A stretch of 64,000 nucleotides of DNA from an uncultured Nitrososphaerales archaeon (GCA_963709405.1 CAVPXM010000050.1:15311-79310); one strand, 5' to 3'. Numbered from the stretch's first letter, positions 46,246 through 57,347 are shown. Notes: generated from the letters alone by a model not told the origin. Numbers and translations are program-made.

Positions 46246-46755
46246 TTGTGCAAGAATCTGAAATTAGGTTATTTGCGTGAGCATGCACTCTTACCTTACT
46301 GTTATATAGTAGAAAAGGAAAAAATATGTGTGGAAGTATCAAAAAAGGATTCTCATTCAGATCAAGAGTTAATGAAAATATATGATTTGAAAAATATTGC
46401 TGTAGTTGGAATGTCTAATAAGGAAGAGAAGCCGGGGCATTTTGTACCTAAATATCTAATTGAACATGGATATAATGTGATTCCCGTAAACCCTACTTTA
46501 AAGGAAGTACTTGGAAGAACATCATATCCCAACCTTGTCTCCATACCCGATAAAGTCGATATCGTCGACATATTTAGGAAATCTGAAGATGTGCCTCCGA
46601 TAGTAGAGGATGCGATAAAGAAAAAAGGTGTTAAAGTTTTGTGGATGCAAGAAGGAATATATAATCAAGATTCCGAAAAAATGGCTAAAGAAAATGGTTT
46701 AGAGGTTTTATTTAATAGATGTATGATGGCAGAGCACAAGAGATTATTTAAGTGA
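46246..46755 (+). CDS. CoA-binding protein (start probably downstream, near 46326)
   Basis: IAVVGMS, VIPVNP, VDIVDIFR, LWMQEG, NRCM. Confidence 0.9.
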   Translation: MCKNLKLGYLREHALLPYCYIVEKEKICVEVSKKDSHSDQELMKIYDLKNIAVVGMSNKEEKPGHFVPKYLIEHGYNVIPVNPTLKEVLGRTSYPNLVSIPDKVDIVDIFRKSEDVPPIVEDAIKKKGVKVLWMQEGIYNQDSEKMAKENGLEVLFNRCMMAEHKRLFK

Positions 46756-47319
46756 ATATATTAAAGTTTAAATATATTCTTATAATATACGAGCTGTGAA
46801 TTCATGTTACATTCAATGTATGAGGTAGCCATGTTATCACATTGTTAAAAGTATCATTAAAAAGACTCCCATCTACCTATGATACTATATGTTTCTAAAT
46901 GTATTAGTAACGTAATATCGTAACAAATTTTAGCATCTTATAATAAATGATATGTTCTGCTGCGGCTGTAGTCTTCAGCTTCATCAACTATTGTAACTAT
47001 GTATTTATGTATGTATATCCTATAGGGTAGATCCATTTATGAAATAGTCATTCCAACAAGGCATAACGCAATGGCTATTGATAATGTAAAAAGAAAATGT
47101 GAAGAGTTTGATCACAGAGTTATTTCCTACTCAGTTCACCACTTATATTTGGACAGGTTATAAGAGTCCGATGAATTTATCTATAATGTCTCCATATCTG
47201 TTGTCTAATATCTAATTTGAGGATCGGCTTTAGAATAGATTTCTTATTTATAATGAGTTAACATAGTTAAACCAGTTTTATTAACCATTGATGAGAAGAT
47301 AATGTAGTCTTTAATAATA

Positions 47320-47745
47320 ATGTCCTCTCTCCAAGGCCTAGGAACAAAGCCTGTAAACCATTTACCACCATCCCATTGCTACCGAGATAGAATTTATATC
47401 ATTAAGGATGTTATTCTACACTTAGTAGAATATGGATATCTTAATCAAACATCTTTGATTCGATTCTGTGGCTTAAATTTAAAAAAGCACAGACCCATAT
47501 TAGATGAGCTAGAATTCAATGCATTCATTAGTAGAAGTGAATCATCAATAGGACACAGAACTATTACAATTTATAGGCCTACACAGAAAGGAATAGAATT
47601 TTGCAATAGGATAATTGTACCATATGAAAAAGTGTTTCCTATGGAAAAGAAGCAACAGATTAAGATTGATAAGAGAACTATTGAATCAGGAGCTGTTGAA
47701 GATAATGAAAATAAGAGTGGTCGCAGGATTATCACGATCTCATAG
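47320..47745 (+). CDS. Winged-helix transcription regulator
   Basis: YRDRIYIIKD, LNQTSLIRFCGLN, TQKGIEF. Confidence 0.75.
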   Translation: MSSLQGLGTKPVNHLPPSHCYRDRIYIIKDVILHLVEYGYLNQTSLIRFCGLNLKKHRPILDELEFNAFISRSESSIGHRTITIYRPTQKGIEFCNRIIVPYEKVFPMEKKQQIKIDKRTIESGAVEDNENKSGRRIITIS

Positions 47746-47929
47746 GAACAACTGATCAATAGCCATATTTTCTATCCATATCTTGAGAAATTTAGCATAT
47801 TTTAAAAATTTTAGTCTTGTACAGACAAGATTCAAAATAGATATGGCTTTCTATATGATTCTATATGATATTGCCACATGCAGTGAGGATAAAGCGATAT
47901 TAGCAACTAATGCACTAAAATTGCATTAG

Positions 47930-48388
47930 TCATGTCTCTATACCATATTCTTCTGCAATCTTTCTATCCGCTTTGTCCCTCTCTCTTTGAAATTCTCTAT
48001 ATCCTTTGGTCCACTTTACTACAATTGAACGGCATTGTCTTATTCCTGCAATAATCATCATTATAGATATAATAATTAGTAAAACGAGAAGTATTCCAAG
48101 CACGATTCCAAATTCGTTCTCAATTTCGAGCACAGCGAAAAATGTTGGATGGGATATCAAAAAGAGCGAGAGGCCTATTGCAAGAGGAGCCAGTATCAAA
48201 GCTGAAATAGAAATATAGAGTAACGTCTTCCTTATCTTTAGCATTTGGATTATAAAATCATCCATAGTTGTGATGATGTCCAATCGAGAGTGCTCAGTTC
48301 TAGTTACAGCGGAATTATGATTAGAAATATTATTCTTATTATCCCTGTGATCTTCAGAATCCTTCATATCTCTAAATACAATGACCAA
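47930..48388 (-). CDS. Two-TM membrane protein
   Basis: Two hydrophobic helices and a charged tail. Confidence 0.7.
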   Translation of the reverse strand: MVIVFRDMKDSEDHRDNKNNISNHNSAVTRTEHSRLDIITTMDDFIIQMLKIRKTLLYISISALILAPLAIGLSLFLISHPTFFAVLEIENEFGIVLGILLVLLIIISIMMIIAGIRQCRSIVVKWTKGYREFQRERDKADRKIAEEYGIET

Positions 48389-48491
48389 TACACAAGTTTC
48401 ATTATTTATTTGATGATTAACTTTGTTAACTTATCAAAGTATGTTGCAATGAATCGTTTGTTTTAAGCTTAGTATCACTAATCGTATTAAG

Positions 48492-49019
48492 TCAAGTGTC
48501 GTAGTGTCTGTCGTCATTCCAAGTTCCAAATCTACTCTCTAGATAACCTGATACTGCAGCTTTCTGTTCTTCTATCTGCGTATAAAATCTGTTTGCACAC
48601 ACATCTGATTTTATCTGCTGGTTTACTTTCCTTTCATTTGGATTTAGGTATGGTGCTTTCTTTGGTAGGTGAATAATGGTCAGCCAGTCTTCTTCTTTCT
48701 GTGCATTGATATAATTCCGTACCATTAGGCTTACATGGTATGAAGCGTTATCCCATATGAGTATGAGTCTTTTCCACCAATCACTTTTCATAATGTTTCT
48801 CTTGAGATTCTCCAGATGGTCAATAGTATTCGTAGAATTCATTCTATCATCATAGAAATCATACGTCATTAATTTCTCTTCAGGCCATAGCATGGATATA
48901 TATGCGGAGAACTTCCTTCTACTTCCATTATGTTCTATCCTTTGTTGCTGGCCTTCAAAACTCATGGACTTGTGAATACAAGGTTTCTGTGTTATGGTAG
49001 TTTCATCTTCAAATGCCAT
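48492..49019 (-). CDS. IS630 transposase OrfB (DDE)
   Basis: FEDET, IWDNASYH, LPKKAPYLNPNE. Confidence 0.88.
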   Translation of the reverse strand: MAFEDETTITQKPCIHKSMSFEGQQQRIEHNGSRRKFSAYISMLWPEEKLMTYDFYDDRMNSTNTIDHLENLKRNIMKSDWWKRLILIWDNASYHVSLMVRNYINAQKEEDWLTIIHLPKKAPYLNPNERKVNQQIKSDVCANRFYTQIEEQKAAVSGYLESRFGTWNDDRHYDT

Positions 49020-49561
49020 TATAACTCTCTTTTTTTCAGAGCTGATGCTACTTGCTTGTAGTTATCCACTCTCTTTTTCCCTTGTTCATAATCCTCTCCA
49101 TGTAATAGTTCCAATTTTGGTCTTTTGCATCTAATTCCCATATCCTTAGTTATTCTTTGTAGATGTTTGAAACTGATTGGAATATCAAGCTCATCTGTAA
49201 GACACCTTGCCAGCGACCTTAGACTCCATGTATTCCTTAGATAACCAAAGATATGTGGATCGTTAAACAATGCTGAAAGGATAATCTCTTTATCCCTATC
49301 AGTTATCCTAGATTTCGATCCTCCAGGTTTCTTGATCTTTATTCCGACTAGCCCTTTCTTAATGTATGCAGCGACCCATCTTTGTACAGATCTACTGCTA
49401 ACTCCATGCTCCTTTGCTATGTCATGATAGGTTCTACCTTCTCCTTTTTGTAGTATAGCCAGCAACCTACGATAATCCTTTTTATTATCGGTACTCTTCA
49501 TGATTGACTTTAACATATTCTCCTGACCTCTAGAAAGTTTTAGAGTAGAAGGATGATTCAT
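49019..49561 (-). CDS. IS630 transposase OrfA (HTH)
   Basis: IAKEHGVSSRSVQRWV, WSLRSLA; ends at an A7 run. Confidence 0.88.
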   Translation of the reverse strand: MNHPSTLKLSRGQENMLKSIMKSTDNKKDYRRLLAILQKGEGRTYHDIAKEHGVSSRSVQRWVAAYIKKGLVGIKIKKPGGSKSRITDRDKEIILSALFNDPHIFGYLRNTWSLRSLARCLTDELDIPISFKHLQRITKDMGIRCKRPKLELLHGEDYEQGKKRVDNYKQVASALKKREL

Positions 49562-49657
49562 AAAATAGAGATATTCTACATATGTTAAGCTTTAACTATA
49601 CAAAAATCTAGACTAGATGATAAATAAAATACGACATAAATATGGACACTTCACTTA

Positions 49658-50300
49658 GTACACCTACTCTATCTCTATGCTCTTGGAGTACCAGCGTACA
49701 GAATCCGATTTTATGTTCCACTTAGCTTGGCCACAATAGAGAGAACATTCAGAGTATTCAGACAATCAATCTACAATGAATCACTTCAGAAATTAAAGGA
49801 GCTGAAGAAGCTGTCAGGAGAAATAGAAATAGACGAAGCATTATTTGGTGGACATAGGAAAGGAAAATGGAGATGGGGTGCAGAAGGTAAAAGCCTGGTA
49901 TTTGGAATATATCAGAGGAATGGCAAGGTCATCACATTTCCTGTATCTGACAGAATACATGATACATTAATTCCATTAATTAAACTCCATACTAAGAAGG
50001 GTTCCTTGTATTATACCGATGACCATACTGCATATGCTTCATTAGATCTAATCGGAAAACATCAGATAATTGCTCATCGAATGGAAGAATATGTACGTGA
50101 AGATACTAGTCATATCAATGGTATTGAAGGATTCTGGAGTTATGCAAAGACCTGGTTGTATCATTATCGAGGAGTACCCAAACAGTACTTTCACCTGTAC
50201 CTTAAAGAAATAGAATTTAGATTCAACCATAGGAACGAAGATATCTTCCGGTTACTAGCTAAAATAATGGTAAGAACTGTTCCAACTTCTTAGGTATTAC
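49658..50300 (+). mobile_element. IS1595-family element, 5'-truncated at the IS630 end
   Basis: EIEIDEALFGG, YYTDDHTAY, HINGIEGFWSYAK, YLKEIEFRFN. Confidence 0.88.
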
Positions 50301-50394
50301 CTTAGATTAAACTAATATATTATGTTCATATGATAGTATTGGGAATATCCTATTATCCCATAATTCAAACTGATCTGTTCATATTCCTGCCGTC

Positions 50395-50550
50395 GGTAGA
50401 TTAGTCACAGTTACTATGGACCCTATTTTAAGAAAATCAACATAGGAAAATGCTTTAACCCTTCTGGATTCAGCAGCCTCTATAATGATGATGTTGCTTG
50501 CCGCTCCAAATAGTGTAAGATTACCAGCAATAGTACTTGCTGCGGCGAAC
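50395..50550 (-). pseudogene. ArsB/NhaD/SLC13-type permease C-terminal remnant
   Basis: AASTIAGNLTLFGAASNIIIIEAAE. Confidence 0.7.
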
Positions 50551-50722
50551 ACTCCAACAATTGGCGAAAGGCCTACAAATGCTATAATGCTACAACCATT
50601 AACAATTGTCCCATAAACAAATTGTTATTATCACTACGATGAATCAATTAGTGATAACCCTCCTTCTTTCCGATTTTAGATCCAATTTTAAGTGAGGCAT
50701 CTACAATTACCTTAGTATATAC

Positions 50723-51110
50723 ATGGATAAGAGTAACGAAAGTTGTAAGTGTTCTCCTTCTGAACGAATTGAAAAAGGATCAGCAAGTACCCTGAAAATT
50801 AAGTGGAAACGTTTGATATCTAAAGGAGAAACTTGTCCGAGATGCGGATCAACAGAGGAAGCGCTTAGAAAGGCTGAATCGACCTTAAAGCAATCTCTCG
50901 CTCTATTAGGAATTGAAGTTATTCTAGAGAAAGAAGAACTTTCTGTTACAGAATTCAAAAAAGATTCGTTACAATCTAATCGGATTTGGATAAACAACCG
51001 TTTGCTTGAAGATTGGATTGAGGGAAGGGTAGGACATAGCCCTTGCTGCAGATGTTTGCGGCCCTCATGATTGTAGAACTGTGGAAGTTGAAGGACAGAT
51101 TTACAACCAA
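50723..51110 (+). pseudogene. DUF2703-domain protein, frameshifted and truncated
   Basis: LKIKWKRL..GETCPRCGST, SNRIWIN..LEDW; shifted frame DVCGPHDCRTVEVEGQIY. Confidence 0.8.
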
Positions 51111-51128
51111 TCAAAACAAAAGTGATAG

Positions 51129-51374
51129 ATGGCGAGTAGCAGAAGTACAACACAGATAATCAGCCAGATTCTCGAGACCGTATATGGTCATGATGGAGAT
51201 GATGATGAGAGCATTACACAAACCAAGACAACATATGCAGTACATCTAAACAATCAACTAAACTACGGGATTCAGAATTTCATGAAAAAGCAGCAGGATA
51301 AAGAGGATGCTGCCCAGACGTATGTCGATTTATTCACTGCTGCCACCATCAAAATGATAAAACTTGAATTGTAA
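51129..51374 (+). pseudogene. Winged-helix regulator remnant
   Basis: RSTTQIISQILE...TQTKTTYAVHL then diverges. Confidence 0.5.
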
Positions 51375-51938
51375 CCCAAATGTTTTGATTATCATTCTAT
51401 TTCCAAATCAAATCAAAGCAAAGCAAAGCGAAGGGAGTGGGATTTGATTTCTCAAGCCATGGCTGGGGATTGTATAATGTATACCAAGCGACCTTATTGG
51501 AACGAGGACAGGCAGAGTAAGAAATGAACTCCATTTTGTTGGTTGTATTTTTTGCATCATTATTGTTGTTGTTACCAGCGATGAAGGTGTTCGCAGCTGA
51601 CCCACTTAATGACGAAAGGGGCGTGGAAGTTCAGGTTGCAACTCTGGCTCATGCCAACAAGCAGGTCATATCATGACCACAACAACATGATATAGATAGG
51701 CCTAAGACACAGCATCACAACAAAATCAAGGAGATAAATGGTCTGTTTCGCGGAGGTGTTGGCAATGACGGAAGTAACATTATCAACAACATTCCTGTGA
51801 TTCCTCAGATGAACTTTGCAACCACAACTAACGGAACAACTGCTAATGTGACAATCCCTGTATGCAATGGCGTAGTTGGAGGCCCTTGCAGACCGTTACT
51901 GGGGTGCCCAAACACAGCGTCACTTATCTATTTCTCTA

Positions 51939-52250
51939 TTAGAGATAATCACCTCTTAACTCTGCCTGAATCCATACAGTGTCAAATATTAAGGCACAGG
52001 ACAACACTGTTGGTTCACTATTAGGATATATTGCCAATCCAAGCACTTCAATAGCAGAGTCATATTCGTTATAATCATAATTACCCTTTACTTCTACTGT
52101 CAGACATAGTTCCCTATCTACTATTGCAATTATGATTTTGTTTTGATGCCGCATGTCAAGAATTTGAATTTCTACTGTGTCAGAATTACTCTCAGCTATT
52201 AGTAATTCCCTTTCAATGCTTGAGCCCCGTAGATAATAGGGTTATACGCA
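51939..52250 (-). pseudogene. Histidine-kinase sensor-domain fragment
   Basis: IVDRELCLTVEVK...GLAIY.NS.PTVLS...IFDTVW. Confidence 0.7.
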
Positions 52251-52334
52251 AACTGCATTTAATCGATAAAGCTAAGCTGTACTGCACTTTCTTCTGAGTT
52301 GTATTGACATCAGATGTTACTGGAATTGATTCAT

Positions 52335-53190
52335 CGTACTGCATACCTGATATTGTATGGGACAGACAAAATCATTGCATTGCTACCGTCACCATCATCA
52401 ATACATTGGAATAGAAAAAAGACTGGTCGTCCAAGAATGAATGACAGGACGGCCATGAATGCTATTTCCTGCGTCTTAAGAACTGGATGTCAATGGAAGG
52501 CTCTACCATGGAGTACAGGTACATATAGATAGATTCCAAGAGTGGAGCAAGAGTGGAGGAAAGAAGTTGTATTCAAACGCATCTGGATCGATGGATTGTC
52601 GGTATATGATAAAAATAATAGAATAGATTGGAAATGGCAGGCTATGGATGGTGGTGTTATTACAAAAGCACCTCTTGGGGAAAAAAATACAGGACCAAAT
52701 CCCTCACACAGACAGACAGAAGTAAATCAGGTACGAAGCGTAGTATATTGGTGGTAGATGGTAAAGGAGTTCCTATTGGTATATCTGTAGATGGTGCTAA
52801 CAGACAGACATGATATGAAAACGAGCAAAGCAACACTTCAGAGTATAGTAGTAATCTATAGACCTGAACCAACAATCAGAATCAAAGCAGCAACATGTGC
52901 CTTGACAAGGGTTATGACTTTCCTGAAGTATACGAATTACTAGAAGAAGAGTATGGTTATACAAATTCACATTCGATTAAGAGCAGAAGAAAGAAGCAAC
53001 ATAAAAAGAGAAAAATTACCTAAATATAGAGCTAGACGATGGGTCGTTGAAAGGACTCATTCTTGGATGAACCGGTTTAGACGCTTGTTAATTAGATGGG
53101 AGAAAAAGGTAGAGAACCATATTGCGACGTTACATTTTGCTTGTGCTTGGATCACTTACAGAAGAGCAGGAATTTTCGGATAGGTTCTTA
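52335..53190 (+). mobile_element. IS5-family transposase pseudogene with right end
   Basis: TGRPR, LRTGCQWKALP, WQAMDG, GTKRSILV, LDKGYD, RWVVERTHSW..RFRRL; ends ttttcggataggttctta. Confidence 0.9.
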
Positions 53191-53405
53191 GTCAAATTAC
53201 AACTGTTTATTCATACCTATACCTAGTATGCATGTATTAAGTTTCAATCCTATATTACTCAAATTACAACCATCTAGGCGGGGATTGCTTGAACACCGCC
53301 TAGTCGTTGTTTCAATCCTATATTAGTCAAATTACAACACAACAACATACACACCTACAATCTCAGATGAAGAGTGTTTCAATCCTATATTACTCAAATT
53401 ACAAC
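53188..53405 (-). CRISPR. Orphan CRISPR mini-array: 3 full 30-bp repeats, 1 truncated repeat, 3 spacers
   Basis: gtttcaatcctatatta(c/g)tcaaattacaac at 53241, 53309 and 53376; partial copy at 53188-53203; spacers 37, 38 and 37 nt; minus strand ends ATTGAAAC. Confidence 0.92.
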
Positions 53406-53475
53406 CTAATCCCTTGTTATTTTCAAACAATAACAAAACGTAATTAAATGAACCAGATTATTTAATAACGGTATC

Positions 53476-53979
53476 ATGACTATCATAATCATTATCTGTG
53501 GTTTACCAGGAGCTGGAAAAACGACACTTTCAAAAGATCTTGCTCGGCTAATTAATGCTGTTATTTTATCGACTGATAAAATCAGAAAAGAAATATTCCC
53601 AAGGCCTACCTATTCAAAACAAGAACGAAGGTTAGTTTATGATATCCTGGAATTATTAGCAAAATATCTCTATAATGCGAAGGTGAATTGCATACTTGAT
53701 GCTACTTTTAATACGGAATATTCTCGAAAAAAGTTAAAGGATAGGATATCAATACCTGATGAGCAATTCTGCATAGTGGAATGCACGTGTCCAGAGGATG
53801 TTATAATTTCACGTTTGAAAGATAGAAAAGATGACTATTCAGATGCGGATATTACTATTTACAAAAGAATGAAGACTATTTATGAACCAGTAAGAGGGGA
53901 ACACATCACTGTTGATACAAGCCAACCTTCAATCACGAACGCAATGAATATTGCTTCACGAGTATTAAAAATCAAGTAG
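53476..53979 (+). CDS. P-loop kinase (AAA_33 type)
   Basis: ICGLPGAGKTT, LSTDKIRKE, ILDATF, SDAD. Confidence 0.85.
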   Translation: MTIIIIICGLPGAGKTTLSKDLARLINAVILSTDKIRKEIFPRPTYSKQERRLVYDILELLAKYLYNAKVNCILDATFNTEYSRKKLKDRISIPDEQFCIVECTCPEDVIISRLKDRKDDYSDADITIYKRMKTIYEPVRGEHITVDTSQPSITNAMNIASRVLKIK

Positions 53980-53989
53980 AGTACTTGAG

Positions 53990-54200
53990 ATGAACAGTAA
54001 TAAACAGAAAAATAGTTTCAATATTTCTAGACAGAAGAGCATATCTTCATAAGGTATCAAGAATCAAAGTAGAGGAAACACACATATCGTGGATATTTCT
54101 AACTGGAAATTAGGTACGCAAGGTAAAAAATGAACTCAAATTTGGCGATGTTCTTAATTTTTTTAAACTTTATTTAGGGAAAAAATTTTGTGAGAAGTTC
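53990..54200 (+). pseudogene. Aminoglycoside-phosphotransferase-like domain remnant
   Basis: AYLHKVSRIKVEETHISWIFLTGN*VRKVK; ETHISW motif of APH-AAA proteins. Confidence 0.7.
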
Positions 54201-54451
54201 TGCTAAACAAGGTTCTGTATGGGAATATGTAATATGGGATAACGAAACTTTTTTTTAGATACTTATCATTCGCTTTGTGTGGATAAGAAAGACATTTTAT
54301 CAGCTCGGCTAGAAGCAAGTGAGAGACTTTAAAAGTATGTCAAAGAAGAAATCGATATAAAAGCCAATCAAAAAGAGATTTCCGGTGAAGGTGAATATCA
54401 AGTTGAAAATGAATAAATCCTGTCTATTCGAAATAAACTTTTAGATATGCC

Positions 54452-55000
54452 TTACAAGCTTGTCAACTCTTCTTGTAGCATACTATGACTCTTAATAATT
54501 TCTACAATTTCTGTTAACGAAAAAGGCTTTTGAAGAAAGCTATCTACCTCAAGATTTGCTCCAAGTCTTGTATATTCTGGATTGTATATATCAACAGTGG
54601 ACATAAGTATAACAGTTATTGCTGGATGTATCTCTCTTATCAATTTTACAAACTCGAATCCCATCATATCATGTAGCTTAATATCTGAAACAACGAATGA
54701 ATAACATTCAAAATTGTTCCTAAAATCATCTAGTGCTAATAGGGGGTTTGTGAAGGCATAGGTACTATAACCACGTCTTTCCAAAAATTGTTTAATTAGC
54801 AAAGCGATATCATATTCATCATCCAATATTAGTATGGATTCATGATTTGACTTTGCATTGTGAAGTGTGCGATCATTAGAATTCCTATTGTTATTATGAT
54901 CTAGGAAAGCATTATGACAATATTTCGTAACTCCGTCTGACAATAACATTATTTGCGAGCAGATGGGTCGCGGTATAAGAACACTCAGAATGTAGTGCAT
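54452..55000 (-). CDS. Response-regulator receiver protein
   Basis: ILILDDEYDI, VVSDIKL, LMS, FLQKPF. Confidence 0.85.
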   Translation of the reverse strand: MHYILSVLIPRPICSQIMLLSDGVTKYCHNAFLDHNNNRNSNDRTLHNAKSNHESILILDDEYDIALLIKQFLERRGYSTYAFTNPLLALDDFRNNFECYSFVVSDIKLHDMMGFEFVKLIREIHPAITVILMSTVDIYNPEYTRLGANLEVDSFLQKPFSLTEIVEIIKSHSMLQEELTSL

Positions 55001-55154
55001 TACAGTGCAATCGATGAACTAATTTTAGTAATCGGATTCAATATATTTTAATGGCATAAATTCACATTTGTAGATAAATAATCCGAATCCCAGCTATACT
55101 CTTATAATAAGAAAGAAAGCATAAAGTTAATGTAGATTTACAGGACTGATTTAG

Positions 55155-55598
55155 ATGAAAATTAACCAAGAGAACGACGACAAATATTGTGTTACGGCCT
55201 ACAATAGAGTCTTAGATAAAGAAAGATTCGAAGAGCAGGTTATTGGTGGAGAGGCAGGTTATTATGATAACGTTGAAAAAGTGTTCATTCCAGAGCGTGT
55301 TTTCCTCAGCTTATTTAAAGAAATTATGCCTGAAGTTGATGATCATAGTGTTGATAACAATTATGAAGTCCATTTAGATTCTCTTGTACAAAAGAGTAGG
55401 CGTAGAGTTTCTCGGTATTTGCAAATAGCATCTCAAGCTACAAACAGGGATTCGTACTCACAGATATTTTTAGCATATCTTTCTCGAAGATTTTTGTTAC
55501 ATAATAAAAATAAAAGGGAATTAATGGTAATCCTTTACATAGATATAGTAGGTTCAACTACACTTTCATCGATTATATCCTCTGATACAAGCTTCTAA
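55155..55598 (+). pseudogene. Truncated class III adenylate/guanylate cyclase-like protein
   Basis: ORF stops right after VILYIDIVGSTTLS, the first cyclase motif. Confidence 0.65.
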
Positions 55599-55669
55599 AT
55601 ATGATATTTTGAAAGGAACTTTGGAAGAGTCGGTTCTAGTATTATTTACCAGGAATCTGATTGGAATTC

Positions 55670-55831
55670 AGAACGGTTTTATCTTATCATCCTCTATGGA
55701 TATAGAATCAATGTGTTTTCTGTGGCTAGTTACAGGATTTGATATATATATTCGCGCCTAAATTCAGTCCACTTACATAGATACCAATGTTCGCATTCTA
55801 TACAATAGTGAACATGATCAGATTCATTCAT
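55670..55831 (-). pseudogene. Degenerate copy of the Cys/His microprotein at 61014-61178
   Basis: MNESDHVHYCIECEHWYLCK...; frameshifted. Confidence 0.6.
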
Positions 55832-56158
55832 TATCTGATACAACCAATTTTCCAATGTGTTTCCTTACAATTTTTCAAATATCTGTTCATTATTAGCTTC
55901 AGCACCACCACTACAATTCTCCAATTCCTTGATCTGCATCAACTGAATTTTGATATTTGACGCCAGAGCAGATCAGAACAAGTTATTATGATATTTATAA
56001 TACTTTACTTAACATAGTTAAATAGTGGTTACATTGTGTTTGAATATATAGGATACAGTAAAAGAAAAAGGAATACATTATGATTAAATAAAAGATTAGA
56101 CCTTTATCTCAACTGGGGTCATGGTTACAATTATCTCAAGATGTTGACACTAATTATT

Positions 56159-56434
56159 TTAGTGTAATCCTATTACATTGACTGCGTTACCATTACCCTG
56201 TATTTGTGAGGCTAAGTTTTGGCAATCTATATTTGTAGCCAAGTTTCCATTACCACATACGTTTGCCTGAGCAATGGCCTGGCTTTGACTATTACTACTA
56301 CTGCTACTGCTGCCGTGACCTCTATACTTTTTACACTTTGCAAATGCATCCTGGCTTATTATTACAGTAGTCATTAATATTGCAGAGATCGCTATGATTG
56401 CAATAATAGAAATAGTTTTACTTTTTGTAGTCAT
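56159..56434 (-). CDS. Small secreted Asn/Gln/Gly-rich protein with chaplin-like motifs
   Basis: Signal peptide ending AFA; AQANVCGN...DCQN...GNAVNVIGL. Confidence 0.75.
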   Translation of the reverse strand: MTTKSKTISIIAIIAISAILMTTVIISQDAFAKCKKYRGHGSSSSSSNSQSQAIAQANVCGNGNLATNIDCQNLASQIQGNGNAVNVIGLH

Positions 56435-56618
56435 TGCTAGCTATTGCTATTACCAGGATATCAATTTTAAGAAAGCCATTGTGCTATTTTAATTCTTGTA
56501 CATCCTTCTAGAAGATCAACTTAGAGTATAACTGACTACTAACCTCATCTATTAATATTATCATATTAAACATCATATAGAAGAAATACAAAAGAAAACA
56601 AAATCCCTGTTGCAATTA

Positions 56619-56941
56619 TTATGGGAATGGTAAGGCAAATGGGGTGTCATTTTCTGAATCTCCATTACTACTTTCATGATTGAAATGTTTTGATTTTGTG
56701 TGAATTATTGAAACATCTCCTCCATTATTATTCACGTCTTTTGTATTACTATCACTACCTCGTAGAGAGGATGTGAAAGTATTTGATTCCCTGAGATCCA
56801 CACGATGATGTAGTCTCATTGTCCATGCTTTTATCAGTACATTTTTTAGCAGTGGCTTCATTTATTCGGAATTCTATAGAATAATAGTAATACAATTGTT
56901 AGTAAGAGTATGGAAGATATAGCCAGAGCTGGCCACAGCAT
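56619..56941 (-). pseudogene. Small secreted protein ending DTPFALPFP, frameshifted
   Basis: Signal-like segment in another frame at about 56870-56941; C-terminal PFxLPFP. Confidence 0.5.
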
Positions 56942-57347
56942 AATCCTGTTATTATAATTGTTATAATGATATTTCGTGGAACTGATTGCTTGATTATTAC
57001 TATATTAGAATTAAGGAAGTTAATACCGCAACTTTATACTGGGATATTCTAACTGTCAAAATATTTTCAATCTAAAATGAGATGATCCAGCTATACTAGG
57101 ATTAAAATGATATTAATTAATAAAAATGGTAAGTTTTCTGTTGAGGTACGACAGCTGATTGGTTTACTTATTTAATCAAAAACAATCGTAATACAGTTGA
57201 AACTAATTATCGCAGATCTCAACTATATATTATTCTAATATAATTCTAACATAATCATAATGACCAATCAATAGATTTCATATATCGAAAAGTAGAGTTA
57301 ACTTATTCGTTGCTTGATGCCAAGTTGGATGATATAGAACTTGTTTT

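Larger units (their letters stand above)
48488..49657 (-). mobile_element. Apparently complete IS630-family element
   Basis: Imperfect terminal IRs taagtcaagtgtcgtagtgtctgtcgt versus (reverse complement) taagtgaagtgtccatatttatgtcgt, both starting with TA; two transposase ORFs. Confidence 0.9.

Noticed and set aside
53204-53375. Self-targeting of spacers within the window
   Set aside because: No convincing match found by eye
53406-53475. AT-rich stretch as CRISPR leader
   Set aside because: Correct side for a leader but only 70 nt, shared with the upstream region of the kinase gene, and it could be a further spacer; cannot be called
53476-53979. Kinase as a CRISPR-associated gene
   Set aside because: Its partner is the downstream APH-like remnant; no Cas motifs
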